DNA of 64,000 bases from Pristiophorus japonicus (GCF_044704955.1 NC_091992.1:57412001-57476000), one strand, 5' to 3'. Shown: positions 47,675 through 60,615, counted from the first letter of the stretch. Numbers and translations: made by a program. Notes: generated by a model from the letters alone, not told the origin.

Positions 47675-48364
47675 CCCTCAGCCCCGTTTGGGGCGGATAA
47701 TTCGAAATAAATGATGATTTACCTCCAGTACAGATGGGGTGGGGATTGGAAGGAACTTTGGTCGTTTTATGTTCAAAAATAAACGGGGCAGTGTTTGGGG
47801 CAGCAGAGGGGCGGGAGAGAGTCGGGAGTGCGGCGGATGGAGGGCGGTGTCATTTAGCGCCACGCTGATGCATAGCAACGTCCCTCCCATTCACTTAAAG
47901 GAGAGGGACACTGCGAGGCCTCCTTGGCACGCACTGGGCCATCAGAGAAGCCTTCGGCCAGGTCAACAGCCCAGCACCCAAGAGGGGGTGCCAGGCTGCT
48001 TGTTGGTCGCCCGGCCAAACCAGCGGCCGCCATCGTCAGGCCAACAGCAGAGTCGGCCGACAATTAAACCAAAATGGCCCAGCCACCGCCGCGCCAAGAG
48101 GTGGGGGGCACCGACCAGCGGCGGCTGCACTCCCGCGGGGCAATTTCCCCCACTGGGCGGAAAAGGGATCGGCGAGCGGCCGACAACAGGTCTGAGCGCC
48201 GGGTGGAAACACAGGGCGCAGCGGAAACCCGTTTCTGACACCCCCAATCTGGGAGCAATTCCGGATGGGTCACACCATCTGCCTGCCCCCAGTCAGAAAG
48301 GCCTTCCCGCCCCTTACTGCCGAGGCGGTACCGGGCCTTATAAAAAAAGGGACAATTTCAGCCC
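47675..48364. mobile_element. Harbinger-type MITE, left TIR mostly lost
   Basis: Right TIR GGGACAATTTCAGCCC; TTG on both sides; interrupts the CR1 sequence CAAAGAGACTTG|GAGTCCAGGTACAT. Confidence 0.75.
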
Positions 48365-49031
48365 TTGGAGTCCAGGTACATAGAGTGAAATGTCATGAAG
48401 AGGTACAGAAAATAATCAAAAAGGCTAATGGAATGGTGGCCTTTATATCTAGAGGACTAGAATACATGGGGGTAGAAGTTATGTTGCAGCTGTACAAAAC
48501 CCTGGTTAGACCACACCTGCAATTTACCAGAATGATGCCCGGACTCCAAGGGTTAAATTACGAGGAGAGATTACACAAATCAGGGTTATATTCCTTGGAA
48601 TTTACAAAGTTAAGGAGTGATTTGATTGAAGTTTTCAAGATATTAAGGGGAACAGATAGGGTAGATCGAGAGAAACTATTTCCGCTGGTTGGAGAGTATG
48701 GGGCTGGGGGGCAGAGTTAAAAATTAGAGCCAGACCTTTCAGAAGTGAAGTCAGGAAACACTTCTACACACAAAGGATGGTAGAAGTTTAGAACTCACTT
48801 CTGCAAATGGCAATTGATGCTAGATCAATTGTTAATTTTAAATCTGAGATTGATAGATTTTTGTTAGCCAAAGGTATTAAGGGTTATGGGCCAAAGGTGG
48901 GTATATGGAGTTAGGTCACAGATCAGCCATGATCTCATGAATGGTGGAACAGGCTCGAGGGGTTAAATGGCTGTTCCTATGTTCCTACATTATGCCCCAT
49001 TTTTAGGGTTTTTTTCTACATGTACCAGACG

Positions 49032-49404
49032 GTGTCAGCCGTGGCTCAGTAGGTAGCACTCTCGCCTCCGAATCCTGAGGGAGTGCTTCACTGTCGGAAG
49101 TGCTGTCTTTCATATGAGACATTAAACCGAGGCTTCATCTGCCCTGTCACATGTCACTATATTGAAGAAGAGCAGGGGAGTTATCCCCAGTGTCCTGGCT
49201 AATATTTATCCCTCAATCGACATCACTACAACAAATTATTTGGTCATTCTTACATTGCTGTTTATGGGAGGTTGCTGGGCGCAAATTGGCTGTCGCATTT
49301 CCTACATTACAACAGTGACTGCACTTCAAAAGTACTTCATTGGCTGTAAAGCACTTTGGGATGTCCTGAAGTCATGAATAGCGCTATATAAATACACGTA
49401 TTTC
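49032..49404 (+). mobile_element. tRNA-derived DeuSINE (SacSINE1-like)
   Basis: Head GTGTCAGCCGTGGCTCAGTAGGTAGCACTCTCGCC (A box; B-box region deleted), Deu-like core GTGTCCTGGCTAATATTTATCCCTC, tail GCGCTATATAAAT. Confidence 0.8.
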
Positions 49405-50049
49405 CTTTTAAAAGAGGAAGGAAAATACTGTGGCGGATTTCAGTGCAAGTTAGGAACTCAAATAAAGCCTGAATATTGAGAGAAGTGCTCAGTGACGATC
49501 ATTAACTTTTACTGTGATAATTAAAGAGACATCAATCCACACTGTCTATTCTTACTCGAAACATTCACTCTGAGCCACAGTAGTAAACTGCTGGCATTAA
49601 TAGCTGATAATTTACAGTCATAGAACGGCATTTTATAGCTGAAATAAATACAAGTCACCATTTTACTGCAGCTTCAAATTTACATAATCTGCATCACAGC
49701 CAACAGTTTTGCCGAGATTAATAAAAACTCCCAAGAAGTCAGTGTGATTACATTAAACGAATCCCCAATTTCCTGTCCATTGATTTTTGAAATTATAGTT
49801 AAGGAGGAAGCCACACGTATAAGTAGAGTAACTAGATTCACAGGGATGGGTGACCCAGCCTGTGAAACATCTAACTGTGGTAAATAACAAGATCGATCCT
49901 CGGAGAAAATTAGCACGTTATCTTATATCTGGTAAGATATATAAATGAGATATGGTCCGTTATAGTTCAGCCACTTGTACTGGATTTGCACAAATACTGT
50001 CACTTTTACAAATTGCATGTTTGTCCCTTGTACTTTTTATTTTGCATTC

Positions 50050-50400
50050 CAGTGGTTGAGCAACATGTGGTACATCAACAAAGCACATGGAATGGCTTCC
50101 TTATAGAGAACCCCACAATACAACCTGGAGGATCAAACATTCCCCGCAAACAATGGACAACCATCAACCGCCTCAGAACCGATAGATGCTGCCACCTTTT
50201 CCATGGGTGGAAGATTAAAGCATCCCCTGTGACTGTGGAGCTCCTAATCAGACCCTGGAGTACATCACTGAGCACTGCCCTCAGAGGGAATTTGCAGGCA
50301 GCCTACAAGATAGCCATGCTGTTACACCGGAAGCTTTGGCCTGGATATTTGACTTGGATATTGACGTTTGATTTGCTTTGCTACTACCATACAAAAGAAG
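50050..50400 (+). mobile_element. Vingi/Ingi-like LINE 3' fragment
   Basis: PGGSNIPRKQWTTINRLRT...W...SP then CDCGAPNQTLEYITEHCP (C-terminal zinc knuckle, frameshifted); ends CCATACAAAAGAAG. Confidence 0.6.
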
Positions 50401-51001
50401 GAGGATGTCTTACTACAGTTATACAGGGCCTTGGTGAGACCACACCTGAAGCATGGTGTGCAGTTTTGGTCTCCTTACCCAAGGAAGGATGTACTTGCCA
50501 TAGAGGGAGTGCAACGAAGGTTCCCCAGACTGATTCCTGAGATGGCAGGACTGTCGTATGAGGAGAGATTGGGTCGACTAGGCCTGTATTCACTAGAGTT
50601 TAGAAAGATGAGAGGGGATCTCATTGCAACGTATAAAATTCTGACTGGGTTGGATAGGCTGGATGCGGGGAGGGTGTTTCCCCTGGCTGGGAAGTCTAGA
50701 TCAAGGGTCACAGTCTCAGGATACGGGGTAGGAAATTTAGGACCGCGATGAGGAGAAATTTTTTCACTCAGAGAGTGGTGAACCTGTGGAATTCTCTACC
50801 ACAGAAGGCTGTGGAGGCCAAGTCACTGAATATAGTTAGGAGGGAGATAGCTAGATTTCTAGACACAAAAGACATCAAGGGATATGGGGAAAAAGCAGGA
50901 AAATGGTATTGAGATAGAGGATCAGCCATGATCATATTGAATGGTGGTGCAGACTCGAAGGGCCGAATGGCCTACTACTGCTCCTATCTTCTATGCTTCT
51001 A
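50401..51001 (+). mobile_element. 5'-truncated CR1
   Basis: DVLLQLYRALVRPHLKHGVQFWSPYPRKDVLAIEGVQRRF; 3' UTR and TTCTATG tail. Confidence 0.9.
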
Positions 51002-51395
51002 AACTAGCAAGGACATCGGCAGAAAGTCAATTCTAATAATTGCAAAAATATCACTTGTAATGTAAATTCTCTTTTAACGTGCAAAGGGTATAATCTTTCA
51101 CTTGCGACACTGATGTGCAATCTGGACTCTGATGTATTGAGCCAAATCCTGGGTGCCAATTAAGCTAAAAAGTTCAATTATGGTACAACACACAGGTGAC
51201 TGTTGCTCATAATTGGTTCAGAATGAGTAGTTGATTTGCCAGAGTTGTCACTATGACAAAGTCCACGTTTGTCTCTACTTCCAGTATTTTGTTATAATTC
51301 TAAGTATAAATACATTGGATAGTTCCTACACCTGTGATCACATAAGAGAACTCCAACAACAGTCAGTATAAGCCCTACATCTTCTGAATGAATGT

Positions 51396-51979
51396 CATCA
51401 TTATAGGCAGTCCCTCGAAATCGAGGAAGACTTGCTTCCACTCTAAAAATGAGTACAGTCCAATATGAGAATTACAGTCTCTGTCACAGGTGGGACAGAC
51501 AGTGGTTGATGGAAGGGATGGGAGGGACTGGTTTGCCGCACACTCCGTCTGCTGTCTACGTTTGGTTTGTGCATCTCTCGGTGACAAGACTCAAGGTGCT
51601 CAGCGTCCACCTGGATGCGCATCCTCCACTTAGGGCGGACTTGGGCCAGGGACTCCCAGGTACTGGTGGGGATGTTGCACTTTATCAAGGAGGCTTTGAG
51701 GGTGGGTGTCCTTGAAGTGTTTCCTCTGCCCATCTGGGGCTCGCTTGCCGTGTAGGAGTTCTGAGTAGAGCGCTTGCTTTGGGAGTCTCGTGTCGGGCAT
51801 GCAGACGATGTGGTCCGCCCAACGGAGCTGGTTGAGTGTGGTCAATGCTTCGATGCTGGGGATGTTGTAGCACCAGCGCTGCCTCCGCAAGATCCTGCAA
51901 ATCCACTGGGAGGATAGACGCAACAACGTCAGTGTTCTTGATCAGGCCAACAACCCCAGCAGCGAAGCACTGACCACAC
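51396..51979 (-). mobile_element. RTE LINE 3' fragment with a 5' inversion (51868-51979)
   Basis: Minus segment: NIPSIEALTTLNQLRWADHIV...CPTCDRDC. Plus segment: HQRCLRKILQIHWEDRR. TSD GAATGAATGT / GGATGAATGT. Confidence 0.85.
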
Positions 51980-52109
51980 GGATGAATGTGGAAGTCTGAA
52001 GAATACACTCATAAAATAATAGCATTCTTTCTGCACAGCAGGAGGCCATTTGGCCCATCAGAAAGGAAGACTGTGCTCAACAAACCTACTGTAGTTCTGT
52101 GAGGTGGTG

Positions 52110-53990
52110 ACAGATATGGTGGTTGGGGGAAAGGCAGTAGATGTGATGTAAGTGGACTTTCACAAAACCTTTGGCAAGATGCCACACATGAAAACTATCG
52201 GAGAACTTAGGGGTATGGAATTAGGGCAAGGGCAGTCATTTGGATTAAAAACTGGTTAGAATTGAAGAAACAAGAGAGTAGGCGTCAAAGGCAGTTTGTC
52301 AGGATGGATTGAAATGAGTTCTGTTCTGGGACCACTTCTATCCACTGTGTATTTCAACGACTTGGATGTAGGACTAGAGGAAGTGATGTCCAAATTTGCA
52401 GATAATACTAAAATAGGAGACACAGTAAATAATTTTGAAGATCAAAGTAAGCTGCAATGGGGATATTGATCCGGTGTGGAAAGGGTAAAAAAATTACTGT
52501 GTGTGAGCCGATGCATTTGGATTTAAAAAAATTATAATTATAATTTGAACGAGGGGCAGATAGGTGATGTTGAACATCAGAGGGAATTGTGAATTCAGTA
52601 TCGCAAGTAGATAAGCCCATTAAAAGCTGATGGAAAAGGGTTGGGTTTTCGGCTCATTGCTGCTTTTGTTTTCGCCCCAGAGGGACAGCAATTGCTACGG
52701 TAAGCTCTTCCAGCACCCCGCCGGGATATCCGGTGCCGGTTTCGACGGGGCACGGAGCATTAACACCTGGAAGAGGTGAGCCGGTGTCCAACGGCCCTGG
52801 TTGCGAAACCGGCTCGATTTTTGGCTGCCGCCCAGCCTGTAACACTTCATATTGTCCCCTGCTGGGACTGCCTGTGAAAGCGGGCGGTCCGAGCTGTAGA
52901 GGCTGCAGTGAGGTAAGTAATGTCCACCTCAAGTATTGCGAGTTATGTTGTGGTGGCGCAAGTTATTCATTGGGAATGTTTTGGGGTTTTTGTTTCAGGT
53001 TTTCTTTCTCCTCAGAGTGCTCGCGGGCCAGCTGTTTTGCTCAGGATTTTTGCATGCTCAGCTGGCCGAGTGCCCCAAGACAGTGCCTCCCATAGTGCTC
53101 CGCCCACACTCAGGGCCCAGCTGCCCAATTTTGCTGACTGAGGAGCAAACGGTTCCCGGGCGCAAACTTTACCGCCCCGCCACCATTACCGCCCTGAAAT
53201 GAGCAGAACCGAAAATTCAGTCCTATAGAATATAAAGGTGGAGATTAAATGGTGAATCTATATAAAACCTTAGTAAGACCACAGATGGAGTACTGTGCAG
53301 AGTTTTGGGTTCCATTCAATAGGAAAGATGTTCAGGCAATATAGAAGGTACAGCACAGATCCACAAGGATGCTGCCTGGTACGAGGAAAAACAAATTTGA
53401 CGAAAAACTTGAAAAATTGGGCTTCTCTTTGTTACAAGAGATTACAGGGTTATTTGATAAAGGGGCTTAAAGTAATGAAGGGATGGAACACGGTAGACAG
53501 AAGACGACTATCCTTGGTAGTGGGATGTCTTCTACCTGTGTCTTTTTGTTAAAAAAGACACAGGTAGAAGACATTCCTTCACTATTGTTGGGTCGAGATC
53601 CAAGAACATTACCTTTGGGAGTACCTTCACTACACAGACTGCAGCAGTTCAAGAAGGTGGTCCACCAGCTTCTACTCAAAGGCAACTAGGGATTGGCAAT
53701 AATGCCAGTCTAGCCATATAAAAACAAGTTTATACGTAAAAGATTTAGGACAGAGAGTTGTAAAAAAAATGTTGGTTTTAAAAAAAAAAGCTGATTAAAG
53801 CAAAGACCATGTCAAGATGTAAGAATAGGTTGCATGCGTGGTTGAAGGAAATGGGTATAAAGTGATATGGGAACACAGCGGATGTGTGACATGAGGACTA
53901 CTGCTCATCTGGAGGGGAAACACGAACATGGGCTGGTTGGACCAAATGGCATGATTCCATGTTGCAATTTCAATGTGATTCTACGTAATT
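52110..53990 (+). mobile_element. Old CR1 remnant with a nested MITE and another LINE 3' fragment (about 53575-53715)
   Basis: Degenerate VDFHKTF, SKFADN and LYKTLVRPQMEYC motifs; 3' GGGCTGGTTGGACCAAATGG. Confidence 0.7.
52638..53223. mobile_element. Harbinger-type MITE (family M1)
   Basis: Collinear with 11489-12117; ends GGGTTGGGTTTTC / GAAAATTCAGTCC. Confidence 0.82.
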
Positions 53991-54011
53991 TCCCTGCTCT
54001 TTCCCTGTAAA

Positions 54012-56956
54012 GAAAGAGCTGAATTTCTGTCGAGCTTTTCACGTTGTTAGGATATCCCCAAATAACTTCACAACCAATGAAGTATTTTGAAGTGTAGTCC
54101 TGTTAGAAATGCGGCAGCCAATTTATGTGCAGCAAGGCAGCACAAAAAGCACTGTGATAATGATCACATAATCTGTTTGTGATGTTCATCAAAAGGATAA
54201 ATATTGGCCAGGACTCCTCCTGTTCTTACATAGAAAATAGGTGCAGAGTAGGCCATTCGGCCCTTCGAGCCTCACCACCATTCAATATGACCATTGCTGA
54301 TCATGCTACTTCAGTACCCCATTCCTGCTTTCTCTCCATACCCCTTGATCCCTTTAGCCGTAAGGGCCACATCTAATTCCCTTTTGAATATATCTAATGA
54401 ACTGGCATCAACAACCTTCTGTGGTAGAGAATTCCAAATGCTCACAACTCTGAGTGAAGAAGTTTCTCCTCACCTCGGTCCTAAATGGCTTACTCCTTAT
54501 CCTTAGATTGTGAGCCTTGGTTCTGGACTTCCCCAATATCGGGAACATTCTTCCTGCATTTAACCTGTCTAATCCGGTCAGAATTTTATATGTTTCTATG
54601 AGATCCCTTCTCATTCTTCTAAATTCCAGTGAATATAAGCCTAGTCGATCCAGTCTTTCTTCATATGTCAGTCCTGCCATCCCGTGAATCAGTCTGGTGA
54701 ACCTTCGCTGTACTTCCTCAATAGCAAGAATGTCCTTCCTCAGATTAGGAGACCAAAACTGTACACAATATTCAAGATGTGGCCTCACCAAGGCCCTATA
54801 CAACTGCAGTAAGACCTCACTGCTCCTATACTCAAATCCTCTCGCTGTGAAGGCCAACATGCCATTTGCCTTCTTTACCACCTGCTGTACCTGTATGCCA
54901 ACTTTCAATGACTGATGTACCATGACACCCAGGTCTCGTTGCACCTCCCCTTTTCCTAATCTGTCACCATTCAGATAATAATCTGCCTTTCCACCTCACA
55001 TTTATCTGCATTATACTGCATCTGCTTGTATTTGCCCACTCACCTAACCTGTCCAAGTCACCCTGCAGCCTCTTAGCATCCTCCTCACAGCTCACACTGC
55101 CACCCAGCTTACTGTCACCTGCAAACTTGGAGATATTACATTCAATTCCTTCGTCTAAATCATTAATGTATATTGTAAATAGCTGGGGTCCCAGCACTGA
55201 ATCTTGCAGTACCCCACTTGTCACTGCCTGCCATTCTGAAAAGGACCCGTTTATTCCTACTCTTTGCTTCCTGTCTGTCAACCAGCTCTCTATCCACGTC
55301 AGTATATTATCCCCAATACCATGTGCTTTAATTTTGCACACTAATCTCTTGTGTGGAACCTTGTCAAAAGCCTTTTGAAAGTCTAAATACACCACATCCA
55401 CTGGCTCCCCCTTGTCCACTCTACTAGTTACATCCTCAAAAAATTCTAGAAGATTTGTCAAGCAGATTTCCCTTTCATAAATCCATGCTGACTTGGACCA
55501 ATCCTGTCACTGCTTTCCAAATTCGGTGCTATTACATCTTTAATAATTGATTCCAACATTTCTTCCACCATCGATGTCAGGCTGACCGGTCTATAATTAC
55601 CCATTTTCTCTCTCCCTCCTTTTTTAAAAAGTGTGGTTACATTAGCTACCCTCCAGTCCATAGGAACTGATCCAGAGTGTACAGAATGTTGGAAAATGAC
55701 CACCAATGCATCCACTATTTCTAGGGCCACTTCCTTAAATACTCTGGGATGCAGACTATCAGGCCCTGGGAATTTATCGGCCTTAAATCCCATCAATTTT
55801 CCTCACACAATTTGTTAATAAGGATTTCATTTAGTTTCTCCTTCTCGTTAGACCCTCGGTCCCCTAGTATTTCCGGAAGGTTATTTGTGTCTTCCTTTGT
55901 GAAGACAGAACCAAAGTATTTGTTCAATTGGTCTGTCATTTCTTTGTTCTCCATTTTAAATTCGCCCGATTCTGACTGTAAGGGACCTACGTTTGTCTTC
56001 ACTAATCTTTTTCTCTTCACGTATCTGTAGAAGCTTTTGCAGGCAGTTTTTATGTTCCCTGCAAGCTTGCTCTCATATTCTATTTTCCCCCTCCTAATTA
56101 AATCCTTTGTCCTCCTCTGCTGAATTCTAAATTTCTCCCAGTCCTCAGGTTTGCTGCTTTTTTTGGCCACTCTATATGCCTCTTCCTTGGATTTAACACC
56201 ATCCCTAATTTCCCTTGTAAGCCACAGTTGAGCCACCTTCCCCGTTTTATTTTTATGCCAGACAGGGATGTACAATTGTTGAAGTTCATCCATGTGATCT
56301 TTAAATGTCTGCTATTGCCTATCCACCGTCAACCCTTTAAGTATCATTCGCCAATTCACGTCTCATACCATCGAAGTTACCTTTCTTTAAGTTCAGGACT
56401 CTAGTCTCTGAATTAGCTGTGTCACTCTCCATCTTAATGAAGAATTCTACCATATTATGGTCACTCTTCTCCAAGGGGCCTCGCACAACAAGAGTGCTAA
56501 TTAATCCTCTCTCATTACACAACACCCAGTCTAGGATGGCCAGCTCTCTAGTTGGTTCCTTGACATATTGGTCTAGAAAACCATCCCTTATGCACTCCAG
56601 CAAATCCTCCTCCACCGTGTTGCTACCAGTTTGTTTAGCCCAATCTATATGTAGATTAAAGTCACCCATGATAACTGCTGTACCTTTATTGCACTCATCC
56701 CTAATTTCCTGTTTGATGCCATCCCCAACCTCACTATGGTTGTTTGGCGGTCTGTACACAACTCCCACTAGCGTTTTCTGCCCTTTGGTGTTTCGCAGCT
56801 CTACCCATACAGATTCCACATCATCCAAGCTAATGTCCTTCCTTACTATTGCTCTTTATTAATCTCCTCTTTAACCAGCAACCCCACTTCGAACAGTGCC
56901 ACAGGATTTTTACAGAACAGACGGGGCTTCGGTTTAACGTCTCATCTGAAAGACGA
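54012..56956 (-). mobile_element. SacSINE1-like SINE (54012-54227 plus about 56887-56956) split by a CR1
   Basis: Reverse-complement match to 49032-49404 on both sides of the CR1. Confidence 0.7.
54228..56881 (-). mobile_element. CR1 (5'-truncated within the endonuclease), frameshifted ORF2
   Basis: VYRPP, GDFN, SDHN, YLDFQKAFD and LVRPHLEYC; same family as 24246-27160. Confidence 0.95.
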
Positions 56957-57059
56957 ATGTACTCTAATACTTGGTGTTCTAGTATTTTTCTTCTCCAACT
57001 GTTTATCCTATTCCCTCTTAAATATCACGATTAACAACCAAATGTGTTAATAACCCTTT

Positions 57060-57430
57060 GCATGAAACAAAATGCTTCCAAATGACCATTTTATGTTTCT
57101 AGCCATAATCCTAAATTTATACTGCCTTGTCACCAATTCACCCACTGGGAAAATAATCTTTCACTTATCATCTCAATCTATTGTAATACTTTGTACACTT
57201 GGATTAGATTCATTTATTAATGGTGCTGCTGTAGTGAATACAGCCCCAGGTTTTCAACCTAGTGAAAATATGGTTCCGATATCCTTTCCACCTTGAGGTG
57301 CACAAAACAGCACATAGTACTTTAATTGTAGCCTAACCACTGTCCTCTATAGATTTATCATCTTCCCTTGTTTTTTGTATTCAATGTCACCATATACAAA
57401 ACTCCGAATCCAATTTGTCCTGTTTATGGA
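57060..57430 (-). mobile_element. Very old CR1 fragment
   Basis: AAACAGCACATAGTACTTTAATTGTAGCCTAACCACTGTCCTCTATAG reads as a degenerate LYRTVVRLQLKYYVLF on the minus strand. Confidence 0.5.
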
Positions 57431-57754
57431 GGCACTAACTAATTGTTTTAACAGAATTGAATTATAACAGCCCTTGGGGAATCAAGCATATTGCACATTA
57501 TCACAAGGTGTATCTCTTAGTGAATAGTCCACAATGTAGAATGAAATGGATAATGAAAGCTAGAAACAAAATGTCAGGTGCCAGAGTCCAATAGACTCGT
57601 ACAGTTTACTTAATTACATCACAGACCAATGAGGACAAAGACAGAGAAGTGGAATATAAATCTACCATAGCCCAGCAATTATTATAGCCATAAAATGAAA
57701 GATCCCCGTAACGAAGATAGTAACTGGAACTATGATAATATGATGAAAAGTAAA

Positions 57755-58323
57755 GGGCTGGATTTTCGGCTTTGCTGATTTCGAGTCAATAATGGCGACG
57801 GGGCGGTAAAGTTTGCGCCCGGGAACAGTCTGCGCCTCATTCAGCAAAATTGGGCAGCTGGGCCCTGAGTGTGGGGCGGAGCGCTAAGGGAGGCGTTCCA
57901 CACCTCTCTTAGGGCGCTAGGCCGACTGAGCATGCGAAAATCTCGAACTAAACAGCCAACCTCGGAGTGCTCTGAGAGAGGCCTGGGAGAAAAAAGAAAA
58001 CCTGAAAAAAAACCACCAAAAACATTCCCAATAAATAACTCACGTTACAACATAAATCACAAAAAAAACAATCACGTTTACCTGAGGACGGCATTACTTA
58101 CCTCACTGCAGATGCTACAGCTAGGATCGCCCGCTTTCACAGGAGGTCCCAGCACGGCACGCTGCGGATCGTTCGGGAGCTGTGCACCGCCGAAACCAGC
58201 CCCGAAAACCCGGTAAGCTCTTACGGGCGGGGAAGCTGTCCGCCCGCCTGGAAGAGCTTACCGCCGCCATTGCTGCCCCTCCGGGGCGAAAACAAACTCA
58301 GCAACAAGTGGAAAATCCAGCCC
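57755..58323. mobile_element. Harbinger-type MITE (family M1, opposite orientation)
   Basis: Perfect TIR GGGCTGGATTTTC / GAAAATCCAGCCC; TSD AAA. Confidence 0.9.
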
Positions 58324-58493
58324 AAAATCTGGAAATCTGATATCAAAACTGAAAATGCAGTGGCATAGTCAGTATTTGAAAGAGAAAGTCAGAGACAGAG
58401 TACTCTGCGATAAGTGGTTCAACTCCTCACTCTTCAAAGCCTCTCCACCATCTTCCATTCGTGTAACTGCAGCAATACTCAAGAAGCTCGATT

Positions 58494-58782
58494 CAGGTTG
58501 AACCTCCTTTATCCAGCACTCCCTTATCTAGCACCACCCCTCGTCAGGCACCATTCCCGGCCGCTCCGACATGAACAAATTGAAGTCCTTCCTCGCTGCC
58601 GGCTCTCGCAATCGCTGGCCTGACCCCCGCGATCCTTCCCCCACCCCAAACGATCTCTCTGCCGCACTCTCAGACCAGCCCCGATATCCCCTTGTTCAGT
58701 ACCTGTACCATCCAATTTAACGTGACCTGCCCTCATCCGGCAAAATCCCTTATCCGGTGCCAGATAATAGAGGTTCAACTTG
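58494..58782. mobile_element. Tigger-like MITE
   Basis: TIR CAGGTTGAACCTC / GAGGTTCAACTTG; internal TTATCCGG-like repeats; TA TSD eroded. Confidence 0.7.
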
Positions 58783-60615
58783 CATCATTCAGGATAGAGT
58801 TCGCTTGATCAGTCTCCCTGCCATTGGGCTCAATAGCCCCCCTCTGCCTCCAATGCATTGTGGCTGCAGTGAATCAAGATAAAATCTGATCACAGTGTGT
58901 GTACATAATAATAGTTTTCAATGGTGGCAGGGAGGAACTTAACTTACAACTGTCTACAGATCCTGGGCATGGAACAAAATGCTGAGGGTTGCCAACTTCA
59001 CCATTCTGATCTTAAAAGGTAAGCAATTGAACACCTGTCATCCTGATGTTCCTGTGCTCCAGCTGGCCAGTATTGGTATTCAGCATTTTGTGCACTGACC
59101 TGACAGTTTGCCACCTGTGTTTTTTCCTCTCTCTTGTTTTTCCTGTACATTATTACTGTCTTCATGTGCGTCAACTATGGTAATCCTTCGATCACTGCGC
59201 ACTCCGTTAACTGCACGGTGTGATAAGTAGCCCATCACATGAACACAATAAACATCTAATCCAGCTGCTTAGAGGAAAGGAGATGAGTCTAATTTTTGGA
59301 GCCAAGTGTACTTGTGTAATATCAAAATAAATTACCATCTCTGAATAAACAGCAAATTTTAAAGAATTAAGCAACACATATCCATGGGGACTTTTTAAGA
59401 AAAACTATCGTTAATTCTTCCCAATTCCTGTCTTTTGACACATAGCACAGTGACATCTGGAACCTGTACCTGCATAAGCAACACAGATTAAAGCTCAGAG
59501 TAAATGGAAGTAAATTGTTTTTGTAAGATATTCAACTTTAAAAATGTTATCGCCTTGGGATGTTTTACTACGTTAAAGGCACTATATAAATGCAAGTTGT
59601 TGGTGTTGTTTAGGATGTCAAATGTCAGTTGCAGGCGTGATGGGGAAGGGGGAATCAAGGTGGTGCAGCGTGTTCGGAGACTATTCTTTAACTGCTAAAG
59701 CCAGACTGGTGGATTGGCAGTATCCTCTCCTTGCTGGCTGTAAGTTTATATCAAATAAGGTGTGGCAATATCAACCTGGTTCCTAGAGTGTGAGACATGG
59801 CACGAAATTAGTCCTAATCTAGCATTACATTGGTTTCATCCAGAGAGACCATTAAGTGTGAAAAATGGAGAAGAAAAAATACACTGGTGCAGTCAGGGCT
59901 ATTCTTCTCAAGGCAAAGAGTTAGGGTGGGATGTTAGGAGTTTGGAGTTTTTACCTGCAATTGACTGTGCTGTACATGATCAGTGAAAGCTTGGTGGTGA
60001 CATTAGTGCAAAAAGTGTTGCACTCTGCAGCACGGACATTAGTAATCTTGATCAGTGCAAAACTCAATCAAAATGGAAGATAGCGCACAGTTGTTGGTAC
60101 AGGCATCGGTATCACATCGGTACCATTTTTGGAATACTGCGAGCAGACTGGAGTTTTACTATTGTTTGCCCTGCTCTCAAATCAGAGAAATCAAATCTTC
60201 GCATACACATACTTCGACCTACATATACAGCTCTGTTCAGCAGCCTCCAACTGCTGGCAACATTTTTTTAAGTTAGAAAAGAGCCGAGGAGATTTAACAT
60301 TACGTTTTGTACCTTTAGAATTGCACTCTGATGCAATACCACTTTGGCCTGGCTCGGCGAAAATACAGTGGAATCAGTGCAAGTTTAGCATGGTTATATT
60401 GCAGTTACACTGTCTGCCTCGTGTCAGTGCAATGCTAAAATTAAAATTAACTGTCATATCCACATCCAAACCGTTGTGTCCTCTCAGAAATCACTGAGAC
60501 CATCTAAGAAATTGTTGCTGGTTAGCGATTTCAAGTTAACATTTTTTCAGAGAATCGGCCACTGGTAGCAAGGTCTGCTGGGGCACAAACAACTATGAAA
60601 GATACAAAAGATATA

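Larger units (their letters stand above)
41060..48987 (+). mobile_element. Older near full-length CR1 (ORF1 esterase to 3' end) hosting three nested insertions
   Basis: ORF1 VVGDSRIRG...CCPPGA...HVGTND (41079-41468). ORF2 remnants continue across inserts at 42246-42679, 42820-46635 and 47675-48364. Tail TTCCTATGTTCCTA. Confidence 0.85.

Noticed and set aside
47739-48383. 214-aa ORF
   Set aside because: Lies within a GC-rich MITE, where long stop-free frames are expected; no domain recognised.
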